From the NCBI GenBank assembly GCA_023267535.1, contig JAHFNC010000003.1:380-64379 (forward strand): 64,000 nt of DNA, given 5' to 3'. The notes below the pieces were generated by a model. It was not told the DNA's origin. It ran no database searches and was given only the letters and a program-made list of their open reading frames with translations. The translations under genes and the position numbers were made by a program. Each line of letters opens with the position of its first letter. The first letter of the stretch is position 1. This DNA is from a bacterium. Its GTDB lineage: Bacteria > Patescibacteriota > Minisyncoccia > Phycocordibacterales > UBA5272. Shown piece by piece: positions 51,034 through 59,828 of the stretch.

Positions 51034-52515
51034 TTAGAAAGGTCTAGCGATTGGATTTACGTTAACGGTTGTAGTTGATACTCCAACTAAGTTTCCATTT
51101 GAATCAACAGCTGTTAAATCAAACTCAACACTTCTTGGAAGCCAGTCATTATTAGTAATAGAAATTGGAATTGATTGCTGTAAATAGTTTGTAACTTGTG
51201 ACATTGTAAAGTCTTGATTACAATAGTTAGTTGTTCCACCAACATTTACAATAACGCCAATAGTTGGGCAAATTGCTCTAATTTTGATTGAGTAAATTCC
51301 CGAAGCGCTTGTATTTCCGTAAATGTATGGAGCTGGAACATCAACGAAAAGTCTGAATCCCTCCCCTGAATCAACTGGGTTCTTACTAACGGTTAATGTT
51401 GCTCCGCTATTATAAGTAAATGGTCTGACAATTGTAATCTGTGAAGCTGAAGCCTTAAACGGTACAACGTTTCCAGCAATATCCTTGATATAAGTATTAA
51501 CAGAGATTGCATAATTGTTCTTAATTTGATTTGTACAAACCCCAAGACAAACTGAATCTAGTAAATCTTTTGTAAGAGTAAATGTTGCGGTATTATTTAC
51601 ATTAGCAACCACATTTACAACATTTCCAGTTGAAGTATTTTCAAGTCTGATTGTGTAATTGTTAGCATTTACATTTGATGATGTCCAAGAAACAGTAACT
51701 TGATCACCTTCGTGAAAAACAGAATTCTGACCAGGTGAAGTGATAGTTAATGTTCCTGGTTGTGTAGCAATACCGTAGGTGTAACCAATAAAAGGATTAT
51801 AGACAACGCTTGTGCCATTAACTAAAGATGAAACATTGTTTGGATAATTATTTGTCGAATAATTAATTGGTGATTGTATTACAGGTGAATTGATTACAGG
51901 ACTGTTTGAATAAACAGAATTTGTGTTTGTATTGTAATTGTTTGAATAAGAACTATTTGAGTAAACAGGATTTGTGTTTGATAGATTATTTATGACAGAG
52001 GAAACTGAAACAGAATTTGAAAGATTATTTTGTGGAGTTTGGTAAATTACTGGTGATTGATTAACGATTGGAGAAATAACTCTGGCGTATGGATCATATG
52101 GGTCAACATAAGTAACGTCAGACGAATTTCCGTATGAATTACCATAACCATTGTTATATCCACTGTTTGTATCCATTGATACATTTGAATCGCAAAGTCT
52201 TTCGTTTAAAGCATCAATTGTTGCAGAACCCACAACTCCAGTTTGAGATATTTGATTATCAGCTTGGAATTCCCCTACAGCTTGTTGTGTGGCATATCCA
52301 AAATATCCGTTTGGGTTTGCATGTAAATATCCAGCTCTTTGTAAAAATTCTTGTAACATAAGAACTTGGTCATTTTCAGAACCAAATGCTAAATTACTTG
52401 AAATCTGTGAATTACATTGATAAACAGGACTATTATTGAAATATCCAGCAAAAGATACCTCTGCGCCAGTCGCAAAAGCGCCTAAAATTGTCATAATTGT
52501 AATAATCTTTTTCAT
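51034..52515 (-). CDS. secreted protein (493 aa) with an N-terminal Cys-bounded PG_binding_1 domain, Ser/Asn/Tyr-rich linker and C-terminal Ig-like domains
   Basis: Signal peptide; C…DQVLMLQEFLQRAGYL…AVGEFQADNQ…C. Confidence 0.6.
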   Translation of the reverse strand: MKKIITIMTILGAFATGAEVSFAGYFNNSPVYQCNSQISSNLAFGSENDQVLMLQEFLQRAGYLHANPNGYFGYATQQAVGEFQADNQISQTGVVGSATIDALNERLCDSNVSMDTNSGYNNGYGNSYGNSSDVTYVDPYDPYARVISPIVNQSPVIYQTPQNNLSNSVSVSSVINNLSNTNPVYSNSSYSNNYNTNTNSVYSNSPVINSPVIQSPINYSTNNYPNNVSSLVNGTSVVYNPFIGYTYGIATQPGTLTITSPGQNSVFHEGDQVTVSWTSSNVNANNYTIRLENTSTGNVVNVVANVNNTATFTLTKDLLDSVCLGVCTNQIKNNYAISVNTYIKDIAGNVVPFKASASQITIVRPFTYNSGATLTVSKNPVDSGEGFRLFVDVPAPYIYGNTSASGIYSIKIRAICPTIGVIVNVGGTTNYCNQDFTMSQVTNYLQQSIPISITNNDWLPRSVEFDLTAVDSNGNLVGVSTTTVNVNPIARPF

Positions 52516-52587
52516 ATAGCCACCCTACATTATATTGAAGAGATTGTCAAGAGCTGATTTTTAAGACCAAAATCTTACAAAACCCAT

Positions 52588-52618
52588 AAGAAAACTCGCC
52601 TTTTAGGCGAGTTTTCTT
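52588..52618. terminator. intrinsic terminator (gaaaactcgcc-tttta-ggcgagttttc)
   Basis: Perfect hairpin between element copy D and the 493-aa gene. Confidence 0.6.
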
Positions 52619-52627
52619 TCATTAAAA

Positions 52628-52736
52628 AGCTAGAATTTGCTTTAGATGCGAGGCACAGAAAATTTTTGCGACCAAGGCGTACATATAGTACGACGCGTGG
52701 AGGAAAAATTTTCTGTAACAAAGTAGATGAAGTAAA
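52628..52736 (-). ncRNA. dispersed 3'-UTR element, copy D (starts right after the rplE stop)
   Basis: RNA sense: UAA-UUUACUUCAUCUACUUUGUUA-CAGAAAAUUUUU-CCUCCACGCGUCGUAC-UAUAU-GUACGCC…AAAAAUUUUCUG-UGCCUCGCAUCUAA. The outer helix CAGAAAAUUUUU/AAAAAUUUUCUG is perfect. Confidence 0.6.
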
Positions 52737-53282
52737 TTATAGTTTTTTAAACGGGACACCGATTATAGAGAGGAATTTAGTTGCCTCTTCTTTCGATTTA
52801 GCTGTAGTTCCAATTGTTATCGCCATTCCGAAAATATCTTTCAAATCTTCATCGTGAATTTCTGGGAAAATAGTTTGCTCTTTGATTCCAAAAGTTATGT
52901 TACCGATGTTATCAACTGAAGTTCTATTTATTCCTCGGAAGTCTTTGGTTCTAGGAAGTGACACATTGAAAAGTTTATCTAAGAAACCAAACATTCTTTT
53001 TCCGCGAAGAGTAACCGCAACTCCAATCTGGTCTCCTTGTCTTGTTTTAAATGAAGCCACTGATTTCTTAGCTTTTCTAAGTGTTGGCTTTTGACCTGTT
53101 ATTTTAGCAAGTCTATCTACCACAAGTTCATTTCTCTTTCTGTCTTTTTTAATTGCTGAACCTGTAGCAACAGATACTGTTACTTTCACTAGCTTTGGCG
53201 CTGCCATCACATTTTTATAACCAAATTCTTTTGACAATGTTTCAAAAGAAAGTTTTTCTAATTCTTGTACTGTTTTTTTCAT
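52737..53282 (-). CDS. rplE: 50S ribosomal protein L5
   Basis: L5 family (181 aa). Confidence 0.9.
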   Translation of the reverse strand: MKKTVQELEKLSFETLSKEFGYKNVMAAPKLVKVTVSVATGSAIKKDRKRNELVVDRLAKITGQKPTLRKAKKSVASFKTRQGDQIGVAVTLRGKRMFGFLDKLFNVSLPRTKDFRGINRTSVDNIGNITFGIKEQTIFPEIHDEDLKDIFGMAITIGTTAKSKEEATKFLSIIGVPFKKL

Positions 53283-53435
53283 ATTCTTTGATTAAGCACG
53301 ATTAGTTTTGTTACTAGAAACCCTCACAAAACGTATACGTCGCTTATGTTCTACTAATTGATAATTCATCTACTCTATCACAAAATGTGTAATCAGACAA
53401 ACAAAAGAAAACGGCACTCACGGTGCCGTTTTTAT

Positions 53436-54035
53436 TCAATTTTTTTCTAATTCCACTATTGTTTCCTGTAGAAAATATTTGAAAAAGATTATTGCTAGTC
53501 TCCCAGTTTTTTTTGGTTTGAAATCAACATCTACATCAGCTGGGGTTCTGATTTTGTGGTCTAGACCAGAGAAAGAGATTGTCAGACCAAGTTTCTCAAT
53601 TTCTTCTTTTGCTTTCTCTGACCAAGCCTGAAGTTTTGTATGTTTATCGTAAAGCCTTATTTGTTCCTTCAAAAAGGCGGCACAGGTTTTACTATCTACG
53701 AAAGAAGGATTTTCTTGAAAATCATTGAAACCATTTATGCGATTGGTCACTTCAAGAAAAATCTTCCAAACAGGGGCACGATAACGAAACTCTTCCCCTT
53801 TTCTAAGAAATTGCCTAGGCTCTCTTGAGTCCCACGCCGGAGTAAACGGGAAATTATTTTCCATTTCATCAAATACTCGCCAAAGATAATTAGCGCTATT
53901 TATTCCAACTGAATCTTCGATGCCGTTTAAGATGTCCAGTAAACACTTACAAGAAAACAAAACGTCTACCTTGTAACCAAGGTCTGTCTGTATATGTCTA
54001 GGGAAAATACTCATAACCTTCTCCTCAAAAAACAA
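53436..54035 (-). CDS. hypothetical cytoplasmic protein (199 aa) inserted between rplX and rplE
   Basis: Intact ORF without TM segments or recognisable motifs. It has its own upstream terminator and 3'-element. Confidence 0.4.
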   Translation of the reverse strand: MFFEEKVMSIFPRHIQTDLGYKVDVLFSCKCLLDILNGIEDSVGINSANYLWRVFDEMENNFPFTPAWDSREPRQFLRKGEEFRYRAPVWKIFLEVTNRINGFNDFQENPSFVDSKTCAAFLKEQIRLYDKHTKLQAWSEKAKEEIEKLGLTISFSGLDHKIRTPADVDVDFKPKKTGRLAIIFFKYFLQETIVELEKN

Positions 54036-54063
54036 CTAAACAAAATCTAGCACAAAACAAATT

Positions 54064-54098
54064 AAAAAGCGACGACCGGAGGTCGTCGCTTTTTAATT
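54064..54098. terminator. terminator hairpin (aaaaagcgacgacc-ggag-gtcgtcgcttttt)
   Basis: A variant of the GCGAC…GTCGC family, lying between element copy E and the 199-aa gene. Confidence 0.65.
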
Positions 54099-54119
54099 AT
54101 TACTTTTCCTAATTTTCAA

Positions 54120-54229
54120 AAAGTCAGAAAAGGTTTTAGATGCGCGAAGCATAAAAATTTTATGAGAGAGATGTAGTAGACCTACATTGACCGAATAAAA
54201 TTTTGTAGCGACAAAGCAGATGAAACTTT
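54120..54229 (-). ncRNA. dispersed 3'-UTR element, copy E (starts right after the rplX stop)
   Basis: RNA sense: …UUCAUCUGCUUUGUCGCUA-CAAAAUUUUAU-UCGGUCAAUGUAG-GUCU-ACUACAU…AUAAAAUUUUUAUG-CUUCGCGCAUCUAA. Confidence 0.6.
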
Positions 54230-54457
54230 TTATGACTTTTTGTCGGCAAGCTTTACGTTAGAAACATCAATAGGCATAGCCTTATCAATAATTCCACCCT
54301 TATCTCCCTGCTTCTTTGGTTTGATGTGGCGCTTCATTGTATTTAATCCTTCCAAAATAACTTTGTTTCTTGTTGGAATAGCGCGCGCAACAACAGAAGT
54401 CTTTCCCTTCTCCTTTCCAGCAATCACTATTACTTTGTCTCCTTTTTTTATTTTCAT
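54230..54457 (-). CDS. rplX: 50S ribosomal protein L24
   Basis: KOW-motif protein (75 aa) in the canonical position. Confidence 0.85.
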   Translation of the reverse strand: MKIKKGDKVIVIAGKEKGKTSVVARAIPTRNKVILEGLNTMKRHIKPKKQGDKGGIIDKAMPIDVSNVKLADKKS

Positions 54458-54475
54458 AATTTTTTATCTAAATAT

Positions 54476-54856
54476 TTATATTACTTCCGGTGCAAGTGAT
54501 GCGATTTTCTTGAAACCATCAATACCCTTTTCAGTAAGCTCACGAGGAATAGGACCAAAGACGCGTCCAGCTTTCGGTTCCTTTTTTACTTTATCAACCA
54601 AAACCACAGCATTATCATCAAAAGAAATATATGATCCATCTTTACGACGAACTTGCTTTGTAGTTCTAACAACTACACCATAAACAATATCCTTCTTCTT
54701 TGTTGTCTTTCTTGGCTCTGCAATTTTAACTGACAAAACAACCAAATCTCCAAGTGAAGCATAACGACGTTTTGATCCGCCTAACACCTTGAAAACTCTT
54801 CCGAATTTTCCTCCAGAGTTATCTGTTATTTTTACATTTGTTCCTGCTTGTATCAT
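54476..54856 (-). CDS. rplN: 50S ribosomal protein L14
   Basis: L14 family (126 aa). Confidence 0.9.
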   Translation of the reverse strand: MIQAGTNVKITDNSGGKFGRVFKVLGGSKRRYASLGDLVVLSVKIAEPRKTTKKKDIVYGVVVRTTKQVRRKDGSYISFDDNAVVLVDKVKKEPKAGRVFGPIPRELTEKGIDGFKKIASLAPEVI

Positions 54857-54878
54857 GGTTGTATGTTTAGGTTAATAA

Positions 54879-55127
54879 TTATTTGTGACCAATTACGATA
54901 AAGTTCTTATCCTTTGAAATTGGACGAGACTCTTCGATGATTACTGTCTCTCCTACTTTATATTCATTGTTTTCGTCGTGGGCCTTGTATCTCTTGTCTA
55001 TCTTATAGTACTTTCCATACTTCTTGTGCGCGACATATCTAGAAACATTAACAACAACAGTCTTATCTGATTTATCAGATACTACTTTTCCTGTTAATTT
55101 TCTTTTGTTTACTTTTTGTTCTTTCAT
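54879..55127 (-). CDS. rpsQ: 30S ribosomal protein S17
   Basis: S17 OB-fold (82 aa). Only 14 nt separate it from rplP, so rpmC is absent. Confidence 0.9.
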   Translation of the reverse strand: MKEQKVNKRKLTGKVVSDKSDKTVVVNVSRYVAHKKYGKYYKIDKRYKAHDENNEYKVGETVIIEESRPISKDKNFIVIGHK

Positions 55128-55141
55128 ATTTTTTATTTAAA

Positions 55142-55561
55142 TTAACGCGCTACTACACGAGTCTTAACCGGAAGCTTTGTCCCTGCTTTGCGAAGAGCTT
55201 CACGTGCCACCTCTTCTGTTACTCCGTCAATCTCAAAGAGGACTCTTCCTGGACGAACTTCAAAACAATATCCCTTCGGATCTCCCTTTCCTTTTCCCAT
55301 CGGAACTTCTGCAGCCTTTTGAGTAACTGGTCTGTCTGGGAAAATACGAATCCAAATTTTAGCAGTCTTTCCAGCGTAACGAGTCATAGCACGACGAGCA
55401 GATTCAATTTGATTAGACATCACACGTGCTGGAGTCTCGGCTTTCAATCCAAAAGCACCGAAAGAAACTTTTATTCCTCTTGTCTCTGGACGATTAAGCT
55501 TTGCAACTGATAGTCTCGCCGATTGCCATTTTCTGTGTTTTACTTTTTTTGGAAATAACAT
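55142..55561 (-). CDS. rplP: 50S ribosomal protein L16
   Basis: L16 family (139 aa). Confidence 0.9.
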   Translation of the reverse strand: MLFPKKVKHRKWQSARLSVAKLNRPETRGIKVSFGAFGLKAETPARVMSNQIESARRAMTRYAGKTAKIWIRIFPDRPVTQKAAEVPMGKGKGDPKGYCFEVRPGRVLFEIDGVTEEVAREALRKAGTKLPVKTRVVAR

Positions 55562-55571
55562 ACTCGTTTAA

Positions 55572-56246
55572 TTATTTATTCTTGTTGTCCTTATCGTTAA
55601 ACTTCATTCCACGATAAATCCAAACCTTTATACCAATCACTCCGTAAGTCATATAAGCTTTCTCACGAGCAAAATCAATGTCGGCACGAAGTGTTTGAAG
55701 TGGAATTCCACCTCTTTTAATTTGTTCACGACGAGCCATTTCAGCACCTCCTAGTCTTCCTGATACAGCGATACGAGCACCTTTAACATCACGGTTTGCC
55801 ATAACTTTTTCCATAGTCATTTTAAGAACTCTACGGAAAGGAAGACGCTTTTCAATTCCCTCTGCTACCATTGAAGCCACAATTGCTGCATTGGCTTCTG
55901 GATTTGCGACTTCAACAATATCAAGCTTTACATCTTGAGTGATGACAATCTTTGAGCGACGCATTTCTTTCTTTAGCGCCTCCTTCAATTTTTCAATACC
56001 GTCTCCACCACGACCAATAATCATTCCCGGACGAGATGTGTGAATAGAAATACAATACTCTTTCGCACTTCTCTCAATTTCAATTAAAGAAACATACATT
56101 CCACGAAGTTTCTTAGTTAACCATGCACGAAGTAGAACATCTGAACGAAGATGGTCAACATAATTTTCTTTCTTGCCGAACCAGCGTGACTTCCAGTCGC
56201 GTATGATTCCTAGTCTATGTGCATATGGGTGAACTACGTGTGTCAT
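55572..56246 (-). CDS. rpsC: 30S ribosomal protein S3
   Basis: KH domain plus S3 C-terminal domain (224 aa). Confidence 0.9.
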   Translation of the reverse strand: MTHVVHPYAHRLGIIRDWKSRWFGKKENYVDHLRSDVLLRAWLTKKLRGMYVSLIEIERSAKEYCISIHTSRPGMIIGRGGDGIEKLKEALKKEMRRSKIVITQDVKLDIVEVANPEANAAIVASMVAEGIEKRLPFRRVLKMTMEKVMANRDVKGARIAVSGRLGGAEMARREQIKRGGIPLQTLRADIDFAREKAYMTYGVIGIKVWIYRGMKFNDKDNKNK

Positions 56247-56254
56247 ATATTTTA

Positions 56255-56581
56255 TTAATCTTTTTTAACTTTATGAGCAAGCTCTATTTTAACTTGGCTT
56301 GTATGCTTATGAATTGGAAACGCACGGCCCATGGCGCGGGGCATCCATCTCTTAAGAACAACTCCCTTGTCTACTGTTGCATTTTTTACAATTAAATCTT
56401 TTACATCCCCTTGGGCATTAGCTACAGCTGAATTAAGAAGCTTCTTGATTGGAAGCGCTCCTCTCTTTATAAGGTGAGTTAAAATAGCTTGTGCCTCAAC
56501 CACATTCTTACCCTTAATAAGCTCCGTTATCAAACGAACTTTTCTTGGTGACTGTCTGTAATTTTTTAGGGAAGCTTTCAT
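56255..56581 (-). CDS. rplV: 50S ribosomal protein L22
   Basis: L22 family (108 aa). Confidence 0.9.
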   Translation of the reverse strand: MKASLKNYRQSPRKVRLITELIKGKNVVEAQAILTHLIKRGALPIKKLLNSAVANAQGDVKDLIVKNATVDKGVVLKRWMPRAMGRAFPIHKHTSQVKIELAHKVKKD

Positions 56582-56590
56582 ATATTAAAA

Positions 56591-56935
56591 TTATTTCTTC
56601 TTAGTATCAGCGGTAGCCTTAACAACCTTAGCAGCATCAATTTCAGATTGCTTTTTCTTCTGGTCAATTTCCTTTTGCATTTTTCCTCCGTGGCGAACGA
56701 ACTTACGAGTTGGAGAAAATTCACCAAGCTTGTGACCAACCATATCTTCAGTTAAAAGAACTTCGATATGAGTCTTACCGTTGTAAACTCCAAAAGTGAA
56801 ACCAACCATCTCAGGTGCGATATCACATCTACGAATCCATGTCTTAATTACCCCTGTTTCCTCAGGTTTCTTTCCGAGCACTTTTTTGAGTACTCTCTCG
56901 TCTACGAATGGTCCTTTGCTTAGTGATCTTGTCAT
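56591..56935 (-). CDS. rpsS: 30S ribosomal protein S19
   Basis: [11 protein letters not shown] motif. 114 aa, with a Lys-rich C-terminal tail. Confidence 0.9.
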   Translation of the reverse strand: MTRSLSKGPFVDERVLKKVLGKKPEETGVIKTWIRRCDIAPEMVGFTFGVYNGKTHIEVLLTEDMVGHKLGEFSPTRKFVRHGGKMQKEIDQKKKQSEIDAAKVVKATADTKKK

Positions 56936-56990
56936 AAAATTGTGGTCAATAGGGCTTAATTATATCAGAATTTCCTTTAAAGTAAAGCTT

Positions 56991-57830
56991 TTATTTCTTC
57001 TTCTTATTTACTCTTCTGGAAACAATGTGAACGTTTGAGTACTTGTTTGGCTTTCTGGTCTTTCTGCCTCCAGTAACACGACCTTGCTTGGTCTTTGGAC
57101 GCTTGGTTCCACGTGGCGCCTTTCCTTCACCTCCTCCGTATGGGTGGTCTACTGGGTTTCTAGCGGTAGCTCTAGTCTTTGGACGCCATCCTAAATGTCT
57201 TGCGCGTCCAGCCTTTCCTAAATTACGAAGTCTGTATTCTTCGTTTGAAACTTCACCAATACAAGCGAATGATTCATCTTTTATTTTTCTAATTTCTGAT
57301 GAAGGAAGCTTAATTGATGTAAATCCAGCGTCGTGAGCAACAACTTGAGCATATACTCCAGCTGAACGAACGAGCTTTGATCCCCCTCTTGGTTGTAGCT
57401 CGATATTATAAACAAAAGTTCCAACTGGAATATTTTTTAATACTGTTCTGTTTCCAACTTCAAGTGGAGCAGTAGCGGAGACAATAAATGAATCACCCAC
57501 CTTCATTTTACCTGGAAGAAGAATGTATCTCTTAGCTCCGTCATTGTAAGCAACAAGCCCGATGAAGCCTGATCTGTTTGGATCGTACTCCACACTTTGA
57601 ATCTTGGCAGGAATATCTAATTTGTCATATCTAAAATCAATATCACGGAAAGATCTTTTATTTCCTCCTCCACGAGCTTGAGATGTTATACGACCATAAG
57701 CGTTTCTTCCGGATCCTCTGCGGAACCCTTTGGTTAATGGCTTGTGAGGCTTACTCTCTGTTAAAACACCGCTGTAAGTAACAGTGGACATTTTTCTTCT
57801 TGATGGGGTTGTCGGTTTGTATGTCTTCAT
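56991..57830 (-). CDS. rplB: 50S ribosomal protein L2
   Basis: L2 family (279 aa), including …GGGEGKAPRGT…. Confidence 0.95.
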   Translation of the reverse strand: MKTYKPTTPSRRKMSTVTYSGVLTESKPHKPLTKGFRRGSGRNAYGRITSQARGGGNKRSFRDIDFRYDKLDIPAKIQSVEYDPNRSGFIGLVAYNDGAKRYILLPGKMKVGDSFIVSATAPLEVGNRTVLKNIPVGTFVYNIELQPRGGSKLVRSAGVYAQVVAHDAGFTSIKLPSSEIRKIKDESFACIGEVSNEEYRLRNLGKAGRARHLGWRPKTRATARNPVDHPYGGGEGKAPRGTKRPKTKQGRVTGGRKTRKPNKYSNVHIVSRRVNKKKK

Positions 57831-57841
57831 ATCTTTATAAA

Positions 57842-58153
57842 TTAATTAGCAAGATTAATGGTGTCCCCTTTCTTTAAGAAAACAATTGCCTTCTTAATAG
57901 CATTTGTTCTTCCGTGCTTTCCACGAACAAACACTGCTGTTCCTTTTAGGTTTATGATATTTATGGAAAGTGGCTTCACTTTATATGTCTTTTCAATTTC
58001 TTTAGCAAGTGAAAGTTTAGTTGCTTCTTTCTTCACAACGAAAGTATAAGCATTAGCATTTGATTGCAATGAGGCCTTTTCAGTAATGCGAGGAGAAATA
58101 ATTAAATTATCATTCTCTACTTCAGTATTCTTTTGTTTTATTTCTTTACTCAT
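57842..58153 (-). CDS. rplW: 50S ribosomal protein L23
   Basis: L23 family (103 aa). Confidence 0.85.
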   Translation of the reverse strand: MSKEIKQKNTEVENDNLIISPRITEKASLQSNANAYTFVVKKEATKLSLAKEIEKTYKVKPLSINIINLKGTAVFVRGKHGRTNAIKKAIVFLKKGDTINLAN

Positions 58154-58158
58154 ATTTT

Positions 58159-58821
58159 TTACTTTATCTTTGATGACAAATACTCAAAGGTAGTCTCTGG
58201 ATCAGAGATAATTAAGTATCTAGTGTTAGCAATATCAAGAGGATTTAAATCATCCGCATTATGAAATGTCATAAATGGAAGATTTCTAAATGATCTCTTC
58301 ATCATAGCGTCCGCCTTTCCTACAGAAAGATAAACATTGTTTGGCTTCTTGTAAGTAAGAGTCTTGAATCCTTCAACTTGTGATAGGTTCTTCATTATCA
58401 TTTCCGCATTCTTAGTTTTTCCAGTTGTTTCTTTTAGAGAATCAACAAAAAGAATTTTTCCTGATTTAAATTTTGCAGACAGAAGTGCAAACAAAGCTTT
58501 ATTCTTCATTCCACGAGGAATGTCTTTCTTGAAATTGGTATCATTTCTTGGACCGTGAGTAACTCCACCGTGTCTCCAGATTGGTGAACGAGATGATCCG
58601 TGACGAGCACGACCTGTTCCCTTTTGTTGCCATGGCTTCTTACCTCCACCACGCACTTCACTTCTATCTTTAGTGTGAGCAGTTCCGGCACGACGATTAG
58701 ACATTTGTGATTGAATAACTTGTGATACCAAGTCAGCATTCCACTTCACATCAAAAATACTCTCAGGTAATGTGATTTCTCTTGTGCTCTTTCCTTCGGT
58801 TGTATAAACTTTTACTTCCAT
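58159..58821 (-). CDS. rplD: 50S ribosomal protein L4
   Basis: L4 family (220 aa). Confidence 0.9.
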   Translation of the reverse strand: MEVKVYTTEGKSTREITLPESIFDVKWNADLVSQVIQSQMSNRRAGTAHTKDRSEVRGGGKKPWQQKGTGRARHGSSRSPIWRHGGVTHGPRNDTNFKKDIPRGMKNKALFALLSAKFKSGKILFVDSLKETTGKTKNAEMIMKNLSQVEGFKTLTYKKPNNVYLSVGKADAMMKRSFRNLPFMTFHNADDLNPLDIANTRYLIISDPETTFEYLSSKIK

Positions 58822-58823
58822 AA

Positions 58824-59426
58824 TTATCCTTTTATTTCTACAAGCGTTCCTCTTTTACCAGGAACTGCTCCTTTGACTAAAATTAATCCACTTGCCAAAT
58901 CAACATCAAGAATTTTTACACTCTTTTGTGTGACACGATCACTTCCCATACGACCCGCCATTCTCTTTCCTTTGAAAACTCTCTGTGGACCAGTGGCTCC
59001 GATAGATCCAATCTCACGAGCAGAGTGTTTCTGTCCGTGTTGTCCCCATCCACCACTCATTCCGTGACGCTTCATTGGACCTTGGAATCCTTTTCCTTTT
59101 GAAATACTAGAAATGGTTACAATGTCTCCTTTAGAAAAAATATCACAAGCGATTCTAGCACCAAGTGCTAAGTCTCCGCCTGGAGTTCTAAATTCTTTTA
59201 CTTCTTTGAAACTTCCACCTTTTAAGTGACCAAGTAATGCTTTAGACAGTCTCTCTTTCTTTTGCTCAAAAGCACCAACTTGAATAGCTTCGTAACCATC
59301 TCTTTCTTTTGTCTTGATTGCAGTAACAGTAAGAGTAGACGCAGCCAAAACAGTAGCCGGATGTACTGTTCCGTCTTCTGCGAAGAACTGTGTCATATGT
59401 TGTTTTTTAGCTAGAGTGAATTTCAT
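58824..59426 (-). CDS. rplC: 50S ribosomal protein L3
   Basis: L3 family (200 aa). Confidence 0.9.
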   Translation of the reverse strand: MKFTLAKKQHMTQFFAEDGTVHPATVLAASTLTVTAIKTKERDGYEAIQVGAFEQKKERLSKALLGHLKGGSFKEVKEFRTPGGDLALGARIACDIFSKGDIVTISSISKGKGFQGPMKRHGMSGGWGQHGQKHSAREIGSIGATGPQRVFKGKRMAGRMGSDRVTQKSVKILDVDLASGLILVKGAVPGKRGTLVEIKG

Positions 59427-59438
59427 ACATTTACGATA

Positions 59439-59798
59439 CTATGCCATCTTTACATCAATGTCGACTCCCGATGGAAGTGATAGGTTAGTTAGCGCTTCGA
59501 TTAGCTTGGCATTTGGATTAACTATATCAATCAATCTTTTATGCACACGCATCTCAAACTGCTCACGAGCATCTTTATAAATAAATGATGCACGGTTTAC
59601 AGTGTAACGCTTAATCTCTGTCGGCAATGGAATTGGACCTAATATTACAGCTTCAAATCTGCGAGCTGTATCAATAATCTGCTTCACAGAATTATCTAAC
59701 ACCTTGCTCTCGTAAGCACGAACACGAATACGAAGTTTTTGGACTTCTGCAGTCTTGCTTTGAGTTGCTTTTTTAGCTGTAGCTTTAGTTGCTGTCAT
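59439..59798 (-). CDS. rpsJ: 30S ribosomal protein S10
   Basis: S10/NusE family; the C-terminal 100 aa are canonical. Confidence 0.9.
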   Translation of the reverse strand: MTATKATAKKATQSKTAEVQKLRIRVRAYESKVLDNSVKQIIDTARRFEAVILGPIPLPTEIKRYTVNRASFIYKDAREQFEMRVHKRLIDIVNPNAKLIEALTNLSLPSGVDIDVKMA

Positions 59799-59828
59799 GA
59801 GCTTTTAGTTATTTTTAATTTAATAGAA

